This document shows, one piece after another, positions 1 through 12,500 of a stretch of 64,000 nucleotides of DNA. Position 1 is the first letter of the stretch, and each line of letters opens with the position of its first letter. Under the pieces are notes generated by a model. It saw nothing but the letters and a program-made list of their open reading frames with translations. It ran no database searches and was not told the origin of the DNA. The stretch is taken from NCBI GenBank assembly GCA_030647205.1, contig JAUSJO010000005.1:10523-74522 (forward strand), given 5' to 3'. Both the position numbers and the translations under genes were made by a program. This DNA comes from a bacterium (GTDB taxonomy: Bacteria; Patescibacteriota; CPR2; UBA1875; JAJYID01).

Positions 1-615
1 AAGGGAACAAAACTGCTTCTTGGTGCCCAAAACGTGGCGGAGGAGGAGAAAGGTGCTTATACCGGTGAAGTCTCTATCTTAGCGTTGAAGGGCTTCGTCA
101 AATACGTACTTGTTGGGCACTCAGAAAGAAGAAATATTTTCGGAGAAAATGACAAGGTTGTGGCGAAGAAAGCAGAAATAGTTGTCCGTCATGATATGGT
201 GCCGGTGATATGTATCGGTGAGACTCTCCACGAGAGAGAAGATGGTCTTTCAAAGGTGGTTACATTGTCTCAGCTTGAAGCTTCTTGCAAACATCTGACA
301 GGTGAAGAAATAGCAGAGAGCGTCATTGCCTATGAACCTGTTTGGGCTATTGGGACCGGTCAAGTTTGTGATGAGAAGGAGGCGGAGAAAATGGCAGCAG
401 ATATACGTGGGCTCATTCATTCTCTCTATGGGGAAAAGGCAGCTGAGAAGGTCAGAATCCTATATGGCGGAAGTGTGACTGGGAAAAGTGCGAAAGAAAT
501 GAAGGCTGCGAAAAATATTGACGGACTACTTGTTGGTGGCGCCAGTCTTGATCACAAAGAATTTACGGCAATAGTGAAGAATTATAGTTCGGAAATCTCA
601 GTCAAAAAAGGCTAA
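1..615 (+). CDS. tpiA: Triosephosphate isomerase (5' partial; frame open from position 1)
   Basis: GAQN, GHSERR, AYEPVWAIGTG, LYGGSV, LVGGASL motifs. Confidence 0.97.
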   Translation, partial: KGTKLLLGAQNVAEEEKGAYTGEVSILALKGFVKYVLVGHSERRNIFGENDKVVAKKAEIVVRHDMVPVICIGETLHEREDGLSKVVTLSQLEASCKHLTGEEIAESVIAYEPVWAIGTGQVCDEKEAEKMAADIRGLIHSLYGEKAAEKVRILYGGSVTGKSAKEMKAAKNIDGLLVGGASLDHKEFTAIVKNYSSEISVKKG

Positions 616-618
616 TAA

Positions 619-954
619 ATGACAAAAAAAGTTAAAGTTCTTCTTGGAATATTAAGTATTTTACCTCTTATCACTGCTTTTGTAGTGCTTGGTCTTTTTG
701 TATATGCTGAATTTAATACACAGTCTTGGAGTGATGCAGATTTATTATTATTTATTATTGCTATATTGGTTGCTAATATATTCTATTATATGTCTCTTAT
801 TATTTTTATTATTAATATCTTTAAAAACGAAAAAGTACCAAAAAATCTTCAAATTGTCTGGCTTCTGCTTTTTTTGTTCTTTGGATATTATGTATTTCCC
901 GTCTATTGGTACCTATATATTTGGAGAGATAAGAGAGGAGGAGAGAGAAAATGA
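619..954 (+). CDS. Small 3-TM membrane protein (PLDc_N-like C-terminal half)
   Basis: Hydrophobic segments, W..LL.FF...P.YWY pattern; overlaps fba start. Confidence 0.65.
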   Translation: MTKKVKVLLGILSILPLITAFVVLGLFVYAEFNTQSWSDADLLLFIIAILVANIFYYMSLIIFIINIFKNEKVPKNLQIVWLLLFLFFGYYVFPVYWYLYIWRDKRGGERK

Positions 955-1814
955 TTGTTACGGCAAAAGATCTATTAACAAAAGCCAAAGAGGGCAAGTA
1001 CGCTGTCGGGGCGTTTAATACTTCAAGCTTAGAGATAACAAAAGGTATACTTCAGGCAGCGTATGAGCTAAAAACACCGGTTATTATCGAAACCTCGGAA
1101 GGGGAAGCAAACTTTGAAGGGTATCAAGTATTTGTTGATACGGTGCGTGATATAGCGGAGGAATTGGCAATAGACGTGGCAATTAACCTCGACCATGGAA
1201 AAAGTTTGGAATCAGTGAAGTATGCCATCGACTCAGGATACTCTGCTGTACACATAGATTGTTCAAAGATGGATTTAGCAGCTAATACTGATCTAACAAA
1301 ACAGGTAGTAGAAGTTGCTCATGCTCATAAAGTTTCGGTTGAAGGGGAACTGGGATATATAGGAGGAAGTTCGGAGGTGCATGAAGGTGAACAGCCAAAA
1401 CAGGAAATCATATTTACCGATCCGAAGGAGGCAGGGGAGTATATTAAAGCAACAGGGATTGATATCTTTGCCGGTTCATACGGCAATGTTCACGGTATTT
1501 ACAAAAATGAACCAAAACTTGATATAGAGAGAATAAAGAAAATATCCGATGTCTCGGGTATCCCGCTATCTTTACATGGTGGGTCTGGGATACCGGAAGG
1601 CCAGATAAAAGATGCTATTGGCGCAGGTATCTGTAAGATAAATGTAAATACGGAGATAAGAAAAGCATATAGAGAAGCGCTGGATAAAGCTTTAAGAGGG
1701 AAGAATGCGGAAATAGTACCGTATAAGTATCTCCCGGAAGCGATAAACGCTGTCAAAGAAGTGGTAAAAAAGAAAATCACCCTTTTTTCAAACGGCCACA
1801 TTTTTACAGAATAA
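951..1814 (+). CDS. fba: Class II fructose-bisphosphate aldolase
   Basis: YAVGAFN, LDHG, EGELG, GNVHG, LHGGSG, KINVNT. Confidence 0.95.
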   Translation: MIVTAKDLLTKAKEGKYAVGAFNTSSLEITKGILQAAYELKTPVIIETSEGEANFEGYQVFVDTVRDIAEELAIDVAINLDHGKSLESVKYAIDSGYSAVHIDCSKMDLAANTDLTKQVVEVAHAHKVSVEGELGYIGGSSEVHEGEQPKQEIIFTDPKEAGEYIKATGIDIFAGSYGNVHGIYKNEPKLDIERIKKISDVSGIPLSLHGGSGIPEGQIKDAIGAGICKINVNTEIRKAYREALDKALRGKNAEIVPYKYLPEAINAVKEVVKKKITLFSNGHIFTE

Positions 1815-1840
1815 AAAATTTATTCAACGTCAACTTTATA

Positions 1841-1868
1841 AAAATTCGGTAGTTTCTACCGGATTTTT
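1841..1868 (+). terminator. Hairpin/terminator after fba
   Basis: AAAATTCGGTAG-TTT-CTACCGGATTTTT inverted repeat with T-run. Confidence 0.65.
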
Positions 1869-1916
1869 GAATATGCGATATTTTTTTGTCCAATATTTTT
1901 TTAATCTAAAAACCCC

Positions 1917-1945
1917 TTGCATTATGTATGCATAAACTCTATTAT
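1917..1945 (+). promoter_or_regulatory. Sigma70-type promoter for giant protein 1
   Basis: TTGCAT-17nt-TATTAT. Confidence 0.5.
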
Positions 1946-2029
1946 TTTATGAGGAAAATAAATATAAAAACCCGCACACTGTTAATAAGGTATGGGTCAA
2001 GCAAAAACAAAAGGTAAACTTGGGGGGAT

Positions 2030-5000
2030 ATGCAAGTTTCAGCATACAAGAGCTTAGTCATAAAGACACTTATTCTAGCAGCCATACTCATGCTTGTGAG
2101 CGGCTCTTTTATTTATTTTATTACCCTCAAAAAAGTTGACCAGAAGTATAAAAACCAGCAAAGCAAGGGCGGCAGCGTACCTATCTCAGCCGAGGGACTC
2201 AAAGACGACTTCATTTCCCTTCAGCAGGAAACAGGCAGTCCGCAAGAAGGTGGCCTAAACATTACAGGCAATATCCAAACGCAAGGTTCTGTACAAGGTT
2301 CATCTGTGAGTGCCGACAGTTTGAATATCGGGAGTCTCTCGGGGACTCTAAAAGCTAACCAGGGAGTAGTCTCCGGAGGAGCCACAACCTCAGATGTGCC
2401 GGAAGGTGACAACCTTTACTATACAGATGAAAGAGCTAGGCAGGCCCAGGGTAGTAGTGCTAAAAATACGGATGATATTACAGAGGGTACAAACAAATAC
2501 TATACAGATGAAAGAGCAAGAAGCTCTATCTCCGGCAGCTCATCAATCAATTACAATTCCACAACCGGTGCTGCTTCTCTCTCAAACAGCGGAGTTACCT
2601 CAGGGACTTATGGTGACAGCACTCATGTCGGACAATTCACAGTAGATGCGCAGGGAAGAGTGACATCAGCAGCAACGGTACTCATTACCGGAGCCGCACC
2701 AACCGGAGCAGCAGGCGGAGATCTCACCGGCAACTATCCAAATCCAACCATCAGCAACTCTTGGGGTGGTACAACAGGGATAAATACACTGGGAACTATC
2801 ACTACCGGAACATGGAACGGCACAGCTATCCAAGACACATACATAGCAACATCAGCCAACTGGAACACGGCTTACTCTGAAAGAAATCAGTGGGACGGCG
2901 GAGCAACAGGACTGGTTGCCGCAACCGGTAGAACTTCCCTTGGTCTTGGATCTTTAGCTACACTGAGCTCTGTTAATAACGGCAACTGGTCAGGAACTGC
3001 TCTTGCAGTTGCAAACGGCGGAACCGGAGCAACTGATGCGGCAGGGGCTAGGACAAATCTGGGGCTAGGCAGTGTCGAGAATACAGCTCTTTCGACTTGG
3101 GCGGGTTCATCGAATATTACGACCCTTGGGACAATAGGGACGGGTATCTGGAATGGTGCAGCCATTCAAGATGCAAATATCGCCTCATCTGCAAACTGGA
3201 ATACGGCCTACTCGGAAAGAAATCAGTGGGATGGAGGTTCGACAGGGCTAACCGCGGTAACCGGTAGAACATCGCTTGGTCTTGGCGATATTGCCACTCA
3301 GAGCTCTTCCGCAGTTTCCATTAGTGGTGGAGCGATCACGGGGACAACAACATTCAACGCCGGGGCAGTAACCTCTTCTGGAGTCGTGCAAGGAACAGCG
3401 GTTATCTCGCCGAGTGTTTATGGGTCGTCATCGGCTTCGGGGAATTTGTCTATCGAAAGTACCTCAAACGCAACCAAGGGTAATATTGCTATTGCTAGCA
3501 ATGGCGGCAATGTTGGTGTAGGTACAGCTACTCCGGATGAAAGGCTAACCATTGCCGGCAATGTAAAACAAGTTGCTTCGGGTAATCCAACTGTTCAGTC
3601 TACTTATACTTCAGGGACGGCCACAGCAGGCGGGGTTTATGTCTCCGGAAACTATGCTTATCTGGCCGCTATGGGCGATGGACTTCTTGTTTCAAATATT
3701 TCAAACCCTTCATCTCCTGTGACGGTCGGGTCATATAACACGGATGGTTACGCCATTGACGTTTATGTCTCCGGCAAGTACGCCTATGTCGGCGAAACAA
3801 ACGGTTTGAAGATTATTGATATTTCAAATCCCGCGGTTCCCACACAAGTTGGTTCGTATGCCACGGCTGGATTGATAGAAAGCGTATATGTCGTAGGCAA
3901 GTACGCCTACCTTGCGAGTAATACCGCCGAAAACAAACTTTTGATAGTTGATATCTCAAACCCGGCCAGCCCGACCTTGAAGGGTTCGTACACTGCGACA
4001 GAAGGACCTGTTGGAGTATATGTAAATGGTAACTACGCTTATATCGCAGAAGGTGACATGAGTGCTCCTTATACATCGTCGCACTTAACGGTTGTAAATA
4101 TTTCAAACCCGGCCAGCCCAACCTTAGCCAGCACAGTTGTTATAAGCGGTGAAGCCGAAGAGGTATACCAGTCCGGAGGATACGTTTATGTTAGTATTTG
4201 GGATAAAGATAGTAACTTAGCATCTCGTATCGAAGTATATGATGTTTCTAATCCATCTGTTGCGCCGGTACTAAAAGACTCACAAACCGTCAGTGGTGAG
4301 GCGGCGTGGGGACTATATGTATCCGGTAAATATGCGTATGTGGCGGTGACAGACGTGACCGATCCCTGGACAGAGTCAAAACTTGAAGTGTTTGACATTT
4401 CCAATCCATCGGCTATTAGCACTATAGGCTCTGTGAGTGTTCTCGGGTCGCCTTGGAACCTGAAGGTATCCGGTAAATACGCATATGTAACAGCCCTTAA
4501 CGCTGCCGGAAGCCCAATGCAGATTATAAATATCAATGGGATGGAAGCATCTGCTCTCAGCGTTGGCAATGTACAAAGTGGTAACATTATAGTGACGGAA
4601 AATATGGATATCGGTAATACGCTCTCTGTCAAAAGCGGCATAAGTGTAGGCAGCCAAGGCATAAACAGTGCGGGAAGGCTGAGTGTAGGCAATGAGGCTT
4701 ATTTTCAGGGTAATGTAGGTATCGGTGATACAACACCTCTTTCGCTCTTTACAGTAGGTAGTGGGGATCTATTCCAGGTTAACTCGTCCGGACAAATCGC
4801 TGCGGTAGCCGGATATACTCAAGGTTCAGGTAACTTCGCCATCTCAGGCGCAGGAACATTTACTACCGGAACAGGGGCGATTTCACTACAGGGGGCAACA
4901 ACGATTGCGGCAGGGAAGAACCTTGCTTTAGCTTCTGGTACAGGTACCTTTGCTCAAACATACACAGGCACTGCGACTGCAGGAACTATTACAGCGAACT

Positions 5001-8000
5001 CACTTACGTCCGGAAAGATTCTATCTCTTACATCTTCCTCTACCGCGGCATCAACGGGAAACACAGGACTGAATATTGCTATATCGGGTGCCAATGGAAC
5101 TGCCGGTATTACGCGTTATGGCATGCAGTCTGCGGTGACGGCCACAGGTGCAACCAGTACCAATGTTGGCGGATATTTCTCAGCTTCCGGGGCAACGAAT
5201 AACTATGGGTTGGTTGTTAGCTCTGGTAGTGTTGGTATCGGCACAGTAACTCCGAACGAAAAACTAACTGTCACTGGCGGGACGATACTACAAACTATTT
5301 CGACTGACCCTGTAGTTGTAGGATCGTTAACTGATGCTGACATGAGTGGTGTTATGGGAGTCAAGGTGGTAGACAGATATGCTTATGCGGCATCGTATAG
5401 TTCAGGTACTCTTACTATTTTAGATGTTTCAAATCCAGCAAGTCCGGTGAAAAAGGGAGTTGCCAGAGGGGTCACGGCTGCAGTTGGTGTACAAGTCGTC
5501 GGTCAGTATGCATATGTAACTGAATATGCCACAGAAGGGGGGATGACGGTGGTTGACGTCTCTAACCCAACTTTACCAGTTGTAGTTGGCAAAGTTGGCG
5601 GTCTAGACCATGCATTGCATATATCTGTGTCAGGTAAATATGCATATGTTACTGCCGCAGGAAATAGCGCGACAGGGAACAAGATGGTTGTTATTGATAT
5701 CTCCAATCCTGAACTGCCAATCATAGTGGGAACCCTTAAAGACGATACGCACTTATACAAGGCCGACGGTCTATGGGTGGCTGGTAAATATGCTTATGTG
5801 GAGTCCCATTATGCTGTGGGAGAGTTAGCTCCGGACCCTGATGCTGACTATCTGAACGTTGTTGATATCTCAGATCCAACCAACCCAACACTAGTGTCGT
5901 CTTACTTAAGGGCTGAGTTTTCTGGAGCCGATGAGATGTATATTTCCGGCAGGTACGCATATCTTTGCGGGCTTTATTCGGACACCTTCTCCGTAGTTGA
6001 TATTTCCAATCCTAAGAGCTTATCAATAGTAGGTTCGGTACAGGATCACACGCGTCTTGACTTCATGCCTTGGACTTATGTGTCCGGTAAATATGCTTAT
6101 GTAGGGGGTAACAGTGGTGTGACAGTGCTGGATATTTCAAATCCAACAGCACCGGTCATAGTCGGAAATAACAACACAGTAACCGGCATTGACGAAGTAT
6201 ATGTATCGGGTAGATACATATATGCCGCAGCAAGTACAAATCTTTCCATATTAGATATTTTTGGTACGGATCTGCCATCTGCAAATATTGGTAATCTCAC
6301 TGTTACGGCCGCTCAGGTTGACGTGAATATAGTCGTCGGAAATGACGCATATGTAAAAAATGGTTTAAATGTAGGTGAAGGTGGGATTTTCACAAATGGC
6401 GAAATAAGCGCAGGCGGAGAAGTTACCACGCCCGGAGTTGTCATCGCAGAAACGATACCTAAGTTGCCTACAACATTCGCTGATTCTGTCGGTTTTGGAA
6501 GTACTACACCCACCTCAGTATTTGTTCAGGGAGAATTTGCATACGTTGTGAACCAGACCTATGATCTTCTTCTCATATATAATAAAGCAGATCTGGGTAC
6601 AGTTCTAGGATTTGTTGCCGTAGGCACCAACGCAAGCGCCAACCCAACATCAGTTTTTGTTCAGGGCAGTTATGCGTATGTAGCAAACAATAATAATGGA
6701 ATCGAGGTATTTGATGTTTCTAACCCGGCCGTACCAGCGAAGCGGGGGAATGCGGGGTTTGCAAGCTATAGCCCCACCTCAGTCTATGTCCAGGGCAACT
6801 ATGCATACTGGGTAAACCAAGCCTATGATTATATTTTGATCCATGATATATCAAACCCGAACTCACTTGTATTTAAAGGGTCGGTGCTCTCCGGCACTGA
6901 TCCCACCTCAGTCTTTGTTCAGGGTAACTATGCTTACATTACTAACAGCGCTGACGGCCTTAAGGTAGTCGATATCTCAAGCCCTACCGCCCCAGTTGAT
7001 GTCGGGAATGTAGGTCTGGCTGGAGCGCTGCCAAAGTCTGTTTATGTCCAAGGCAAGTATGCTTACATGGTCGGTCAAACAGCTGATACGCTCATAGTTT
7101 ATGATGTGTCTAACCCTGTCTCACCTACAAATATTGGCAGTATCGCCGCGGGCACTAATCCTACATCCGTTTTCGTCCAAGGCAGCTATGCCTATGTGAC
7201 CGATAGCGGTAAGCTCAAGGTGTATGACGTTTCTACGCCCAGTGCTCCTGCGAGCTTAGGGGACGTGTCCTCTGGCACAAATCCCACATCAGTTTTTGTT
7301 CAGGGGCAATACGCCTATGTGACCAATACTACTGACCAGCTATACAAGTTTGATATGGGTTCATATAACCAAGGTATTAGCACGGGCGGTCTAGATGTTA
7401 ATAAGGCACATGTTCATGGCAATGTGGATATAGTAACTGATACCGATGCCACGGCTACAGCAGTAAGAACCGGTACTACTGTCACGAGCGTGACTATAAC
7501 AAGTGGCGGTTCCGGGTATACTAAGGTGCCAAACGTATTCTTCAAAGGGGGTGCGGGTAGCGGAGCAGCTGCTCATGCTGTACTTACAAATGGTGTGGTT
7601 ACAAGCATTGTGGTTGATGCTGTTGGGTCTGGGTACACTTCTACCCCGACGGTTTACATAGAAGGGGGGAAAGGATTTTCATATAATGGCGATCTCTTGG
7701 TTGATGTCGCAAAAGTGGCTGGGAATGTAAAGATCATTGTTCCTTTGGCGGATACGACAGATGTTACTCCAAATGTTCATAATACCGCAATAGGATCGGG
7801 AGCATTTAGAGATAATACAACTGGTTACTATAATACAGCCGTGGGTACTGACGCTGGCATGATGTGGACGACTGGTTACTATAATACTGCTCTTGGTGCT
7901 TGCGCCGGAGACCATATACAGGGCGGCTATTCAAACACTGCTGTTGGCATGGGGGCGCTGTCGGGACCGATTGGTGGTACAAGTGCAAGTATGAACTCAG

Positions 8001-9403
8001 CATTTGGAGATAATGCTCTCACATCTAACACTGGCAATGGGAACACAGCTCTTGGCTACCAAGCAGGGAAAGCAAATACATCGGGTGCATATAATACTTT
8101 TATTGGCTATAATGCCGGATATACCGGCACAGCTGCAACGCTTCAGAAGGCGGCGGCCATTGGTTATAATGCTCAAGTCACTCAAGACAGCAGCATAGTC
8201 TTTGGTGGCACTGGTGTAGATGCGGTCAAAGTCGGCATAGGGTTAACAGCACCAACAGAGGTTCTGGATGTAGTAGGCAACATCAACATAAGTTCAGGTA
8301 GTAGCGTTAAAACTAATGGCCAGATATTTTTAAGAAATACAGGGGCCGCAGATTCCCCCGGATATAGCGATTATTCCAATATATTGCTTGGTGTTAATAG
8401 CGGCGCCAATCTTGCTCCAGCCGCAGGATGGTTAGGGGTTGCAAATACTGCAATCGGCAGAAATACGCTAAACGGCGTTACAACGGGTAGTAACAACGTA
8501 GCCATTGGGCTGGGAACAATGAATGGGGCGGGTACTACCGCTACTAGTAATACGGCTCTTGGTATGGGCGCGGGGGCTACTCTTCAGGGCAATCAGAATG
8601 TATTTATAGGTGATAACTCAGGTGGAGCTATTACGGGTTCGGGTAATGTAATGATTGGATATCAGGCCGGCAAACAAGCGGTTCAAACTGCTGTTTCAAA
8701 CAAGCTTTACATAGATAACTCAAATGACTCCACGCCGCTTATTTATGGTGATTTTAGTACTGATGCAATCACTATAAATGGAACCTTGGCATCAGGAACG
8801 GTGAATGGTCAGACCGTATCATCCAGCGCGAACTTTACGGGGACTGTCACGGTGGCTACATCTGTTTCAACTCCAACCATTACAACTTCGGGCGCCGGTA
8901 TATCATTTAACTCAAAGAATTTAACAAATGTGGGAACTATCGCTTCAAGTACTATCAATGGCCAAACTATATCTACATCGGCAAACTTTACCGGCACGCT
9001 CGCAGTTTCAAGTACTTCTTTGTTTAGTGCCAACATAACCGTAAATGGTCACATTATTACGGGTAATGCCAGTGGTACTACTACGGTAGCTGTCGGTGCT
9101 GCTGCAGGAACGGGTGGAAGTGTTGGGGCGAGCATTGTGGGTAATGATACTGCCGGATATGTGACAATTACCACGGGGAACGCTTTAACCACTACCACGG
9201 GCACTATGGCAACCGTTACTTTTGCAAATGCTTATGGGGCTACGCCAAAGGCAGTGATTCTGACGCCGCAAGGCAATACAAACGGATCAAGTGTTAACTA
9301 TTATGTAGGTAGTGCCGGAACTACAACATTTACCATAAATACAGGAACAGTCCCTACGGGTGGAGGTAACACCTATATCTACAACTATATGATTATGCAG
9401 TAG
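2030..9403 (+). CDS. Giant (2457 aa) N-terminally anchored surface protein with phage-fibre-like repeats, three LVIVD-repeat blocks and NTAxG repeats; putative adhesin
   Basis: N-terminal TM helix; 21 xVxVxGxYAY..L.I.DISNP repeats; NVGIGT junctions; G/S/T/N rich. Confidence 0.85.
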   Translation: MQVSAYKSLVIKTLILAAILMLVSGSFIYFITLKKVDQKYKNQQSKGGSVPISAEGLKDDFISLQQETGSPQEGGLNITGNIQTQGSVQGSSVSADSLNIGSLSGTLKANQGVVSGGATTSDVPEGDNLYYTDERARQAQGSSAKNTDDITEGTNKYYTDERARSSISGSSSINYNSTTGAASLSNSGVTSGTYGDSTHVGQFTVDAQGRVTSAATVLITGAAPTGAAGGDLTGNYPNPTISNSWGGTTGINTLGTITTGTWNGTAIQDTYIATSANWNTAYSERNQWDGGATGLVAATGRTSLGLGSLATLSSVNNGNWSGTALAVANGGTGATDAAGARTNLGLGSVENTALSTWAGSSNITTLGTIGTGIWNGAAIQDANIASSANWNTAYSERNQWDGGSTGLTAVTGRTSLGLGDIATQSSSAVSISGGAITGTTTFNAGAVTSSGVVQGTAVISPSVYGSSSASGNLSIESTSNATKGNIAIASNGGNVGVGTATPDERLTIAGNVKQVASGNPTVQSTYTSGTATAGGVYVSGNYAYLAAMGDGLLVSNISNPSSPVTVGSYNTDGYAIDVYVSGKYAYVGETNGLKIIDISNPAVPTQVGSYATAGLIESVYVVGKYAYLASNTAENKLLIVDISNPASPTLKGSYTATEGPVGVYVNGNYAYIAEGDMSAPYTSSHLTVVNISNPASPTLASTVVISGEAEEVYQSGGYVYVSIWDKDSNLASRIEVYDVSNPSVAPVLKDSQTVSGEAAWGLYVSGKYAYVAVTDVTDPWTESKLEVFDISNPSAISTIGSVSVLGSPWNLKVSGKYAYVTALNAAGSPMQIININGMEASALSVGNVQSGNIIVTENMDIGNTLSVKSGISVGSQGINSAGRLSVGNEAYFQGNVGIGDTTPLSLFTVGSGDLFQVNSSGQIAAVAGYTQGSGNFAISGAGTFTTGTGAISLQGATTIAAGKNLALASGTGTFAQTYTGTATAGTITANSLTSGKILSLTSSSTAASTGNTGLNIAISGANGTAGITRYGMQSAVTATGATSTNVGGYFSASGATNNYGLVVSSGSVGIGTVTPNEKLTVTGGTILQTISTDPVVVGSLTDADMSGVMGVKVVDRYAYAASYSSGTLTILDVSNPASPVKKGVARGVTAAVGVQVVGQYAYVTEYATEGGMTVVDVSNPTLPVVVGKVGGLDHALHISVSGKYAYVTAAGNSATGNKMVVIDISNPELPIIVGTLKDDTHLYKADGLWVAGKYAYVESHYAVGELAPDPDADYLNVVDISDPTNPTLVSSYLRAEFSGADEMYISGRYAYLCGLYSDTFSVVDISNPKSLSIVGSVQDHTRLDFMPWTYVSGKYAYVGGNSGVTVLDISNPTAPVIVGNNNTVTGIDEVYVSGRYIYAAASTNLSILDIFGTDLPSANIGNLTVTAAQVDVNIVVGNDAYVKNGLNVGEGGIFTNGEISAGGEVTTPGVVIAETIPKLPTTFADSVGFGSTTPTSVFVQGEFAYVVNQTYDLLLIYNKADLGTVLGFVAVGTNASANPTSVFVQGSYAYVANNNNGIEVFDVSNPAVPAKRGNAGFASYSPTSVYVQGNYAYWVNQAYDYILIHDISNPNSLVFKGSVLSGTDPTSVFVQGNYAYITNSADGLKVVDISSPTAPVDVGNVGLAGALPKSVYVQGKYAYMVGQTADTLIVYDVSNPVSPTNIGSIAAGTNPTSVFVQGSYAYVTDSGKLKVYDVSTPSAPASLGDVSSGTNPTSVFVQGQYAYVTNTTDQLYKFDMGSYNQGISTGGLDVNKAHVHGNVDIVTDTDATATAVRTGTTVTSVTITSGGSGYTKVPNVFFKGGAGSGAAAHAVLTNGVVTSIVVDAVGSGYTSTPTVYIEGGKGFSYNGDLLVDVAKVAGNVKIIVPLADTTDVTPNVHNTAIGSGAFRDNTTGYYNTAVGTDAGMMWTTGYYNTALGACAGDHIQGGYSNTAVGMGALSGPIGGTSASMNSAFGDNALTSNTGNGNTALGYQAGKANTSGAYNTFIGYNAGYTGTAATLQKAAAIGYNAQVTQDSSIVFGGTGVDAVKVGIGLTAPTEVLDVVGNINISSGSSVKTNGQIFLRNTGAADSPGYSDYSNILLGVNSGANLAPAAGWLGVANTAIGRNTLNGVTTGSNNVAIGLGTMNGAGTTATSNTALGMGAGATLQGNQNVFIGDNSGGAITGSGNVMIGYQAGKQAVQTAVSNKLYIDNSNDSTPLIYGDFSTDAITINGTLASGTVNGQTVSSSANFTGTVTVATSVSTPTITTSGAGISFNSKNLTNVGTIASSTINGQTISTSANFTGTLAVSSTSLFSANITVNGHIITGNASGTTTVAVGAAAGTGGSVGASIVGNDTAGYVTITTGNALTTTTGTMATVTFANAYGATPKAVILTPQGNTNGSSVNYYVGSAGTTTFTINTGTVPTGGGNTYIYNYMIMQ
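2417..2517 (+). repeat. 20-bp direct repeat TACTATACAGATGAAAGAGC (2417 and 2498), encoding [11 protein letters not shown]
   Basis: Exact repeat seen in sequence. Confidence 0.9.
2786..3290 (+). repeat. Intragenic ~55-codon duplication ([45 protein letters not shown])
   Basis: Two copies offset by 336 nt (AACTGGAAyACGGCyTACTC at 2858 and 3194). Confidence 0.9.
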
Positions 9404-9473
9404 CATGCTTTATACGGCTATCGATCTGGCACTCTAATTTATAGAATAAATAATTTATTCATCGCCAAAATTT

Positions 9474-9503
9474 AAATAATTCGGTATTTTTGCCGGATTA
9501 TTT
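9474..9503 (+). terminator. Hairpin/terminator after giant protein 1, homologous to 1841-1868
   Basis: AAATAATTCGGTA-TTTT-TGCCGGATTATTT. Confidence 0.6.
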
Positions 9504-9528
9504 ATTTTCTAAATAAACCTTTAAGCCC

Positions 9529-9558
9529 TTGACTCGTTGGTAGAAAAACCATTATTAT
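9529..9558 (+). promoter_or_regulatory. Sigma70-type promoter for giant protein 2
   Basis: TTGACT-18nt-TATTAT. Confidence 0.5.
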
Positions 9559-9579
9559 TGTGCTGTAATTAAAATAGAT

Positions 9580-12500
9580 ATGATCCTTGGGGTTATGAAG
9601 GCCATAAAAATAAAAAAGCTATTGATAAAATGTTTTCTTCTAGTTGCAGTACTTGTGATTGGTGGGTATTTTTCAGTGTTCCAGCTTGCCATCCAAAAGG
9701 CTGAAGAAGTTCGACATAAAAATCAAACCGAACTCACCAATACAAAACAGAAGTTAGACCAGGATATTCAGGCAGTAAAGAAAGATTTATCTTCATCTAT
9801 AACAAACAGAGGATATACAGAGATGAGCGCAGATCAGTTTACTTCGAAAGAAATAACATCTGGGCAGATTACTTCGGGTCAACTGACAGCATCAAGCGGC
9901 GTAAACATACAGGGTAGTCTTGCGGCAGATAGTCCGGTTCAGTCATCCGCTACTCTGGCGGCAAGTGTAGACCCAGGGACCATTTCCATATATCATGACG
10001 GATCGAACGGACACGTGGAAACTAATAGGGGGAGTATATTTCTTACGCCCGCAAACGGCTATCTAAGATCGGATGGCAATCTTTACCCTAAAACAAACAA
10101 CACTTACAACCTTGGTGTTTCTGGCTGGATGTGGAAAGACATTTACCTCCAAGGGAGTCTCCGGGATAGCGGCAACTCAGCGGCTGGGGTCACTGTTGCA
10201 GATTTGAGAAATGCGAAAAACCATATGTATACAAACGGATCAAGTCACTCTTGGCTTGGCCAAAGCTTAAGGATAGAAAACTCGCCGACGTTTAGGGGAC
10301 TTACATTAAACGGAAACTTATCTCTCGGGACAAATACCTTAACCACTACAAACGCTACGGTTGTAGCCAATCTGAATGCAGACACTTTGGACGGTTATCA
10401 TGCTGCCGATCTTCTAAGCGGAGTTTTGCCTCCCGGGGGAACAACATCTGACTATTTGAGAGGAGACAATACGTGGCAAGCTTTGAATTCATCGGCCGTT
10501 CAGGGTCTTGGGGCACTTGCAACCATTGATACGATTAACAACGGACAATGGTCAGGGACAGCTCTCTCGGTTGCAAATGGTGGTACGGGCGCTACTCTTG
10601 CAGTAGACGCGAGGACGAACCTGGGGCTTGGTACTTTGGCAGTTGAAGATGCCGCAACTTGGGCAGGATCAACGAGCATTGCGACAGTCGGAACCATTAC
10701 GACAGGCACTTGGAACGCAGGAGCCCTAACTTCCTCGGGAGCTATACAGGGCACATCATTGAATATTTTTGGGAACGCTGATGCAACGCATGTTATTGTT
10801 AGGGCGAATGCCACACAAAGTAATACTAATCCGCTTATCAGCATCCAGGCAAGCGATGGTGCAGAACTATTTAGAATTCATTCAGATGATATAGACAATA
10901 TATTCATAGGACGTGACGCAGGTATGAACAATGTTGCAAATCCGAGTACTAGCGCAGGTAACTACAATACTTTTCTGGGATATACTGCAGGAAGGAATAA
11001 TACATCAGGACATTACAATACTTACCTAGGAAACAGATCAGGTGCCCTCACAACCTCGGGAGATCACAATACCTTTGTTGGGATGCAGTCAGGGTATAAC
11101 AACACAACTGGGCAATATAATAATTTTTTTGGCATAACGGCCGGCCAAGACTTAACTGATGGAGATCATAATTTGGCATTAGGTTCTTACGCTCAGTTTG
11201 GTTTGGTAACTGGTGAAAGTAACATGTCTATTGGTAACTATGCAGGCTATAACAGACTTCTGGCTAGAGCGAACATACTACAAGGATACGGCGCTGGCGG
11301 TTCAGGAAAAGCCGGTGCCTATAATACGGCTGTTGGAGATAATACTTTATATAACGATTATACGGGGATGGGTAATGCGTCATTTGGTGCTTATTCTTTA
11401 TATAATAATAAAGGGACAAGTGATAGAAGCATAACCGGTTTTAGCGCCAGTGGTGGAAATACAAAAGTTACGACACTTACTAGTCACGGTCTTCAGGTCA
11501 GTGACTCGGTATTTATAGCATTTAATGATACTACTCAAACTGAAGTTACAAAATCAGGGAAGTACACAGTTTTAACTGTTCCCGATGCCACAAGCTTCAC
11601 AATTAGCAAAACTTACGATTCTGCAAATGATAAGAAGGGATGGTGGGAACGAGGAGCAACCTTCTCTGATAATGGAAGCGGTAAAGTAAGGGTAATTTCA
11701 AACAATCATGGTGTTCCTAACGGAGGCATGGTAGCTCTTGGTTACAGCGGAACCGGAGTTACGGGAGGTTATTATAAGGGCTTGCAGGTGGCAACTCTGG
11801 TTGATGCTAATACATTTGATTTGACAGATCTAAGCTATACAGCAAGCGTTACTTCCGGTTGGTTTTTTTATGAAGATGACGCTATAAATAACACGGCAAT
11901 CGGAACTTTGGCGGGATATGCAAATACTACCGGTATAAATAATACATTTCTTGGATATAAATCAGGAATGACGTCTACTGCGACTCTCCAGAATGCCGCA
12001 GCGATTGGCTACAATGCTCAAGTCACTCAGAATAGCTCCATTGTTCTTGGTGGTACAGGGGCTGACGCTGTTAATATCGGGATAGGGACTACGGCTCCTC
12101 TCGAAAAGATACATGTTGACCATGGTAATATGCGACTTGATCAAGAAGCGGCTCCCGGAGCACTAACAGCAACCGTAACTGCGACAGCGGGCAATCCAAA
12201 TGGTACTTACCAATATGCCGTTACTTTTGTGACCGCCGATGGCGAAACTGAGGCTGGTACCGCTAGTACGGCTGTGTCCCCAGCTCTTAAACAGGTTAGT
12301 TTGACAAATATCCCTCTTGGTTCAAGTAAAGTAACTGCTAGAAAGATTTATAGGAGTTCAGAGGGGGAACATTGGGCGGGATATACAAATAAAGTGAGAA
12401 ATGCCAAACTAGTCACTACTCTTGCCAATAATACAGCGACGACATATACGGATAATGTTGCCGATGGATCGCTTGGCGCCGCCGCCCCATACAATAATAC

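Noticed and set aside
1949-2017. 22-aa upstream ORF MRKINIKTRTLLIRYGSSKNKR
   Set aside because: Starts only 3 nt after the predicted -10 and has no SD; resemblance to the N-terminus of giant protein 2 is too weak to call.
2022-2027. G6 tract as a phase-variation switch
   Set aside because: Too short, and explained as the ribosome-binding site.
2786-7318. CRISPR array or DGR template/variable repeat
   Set aside because: Repeats are in-frame coding repeats with mostly synonymous differences, not adenine-specific; no cas or reverse transcriptase gene.
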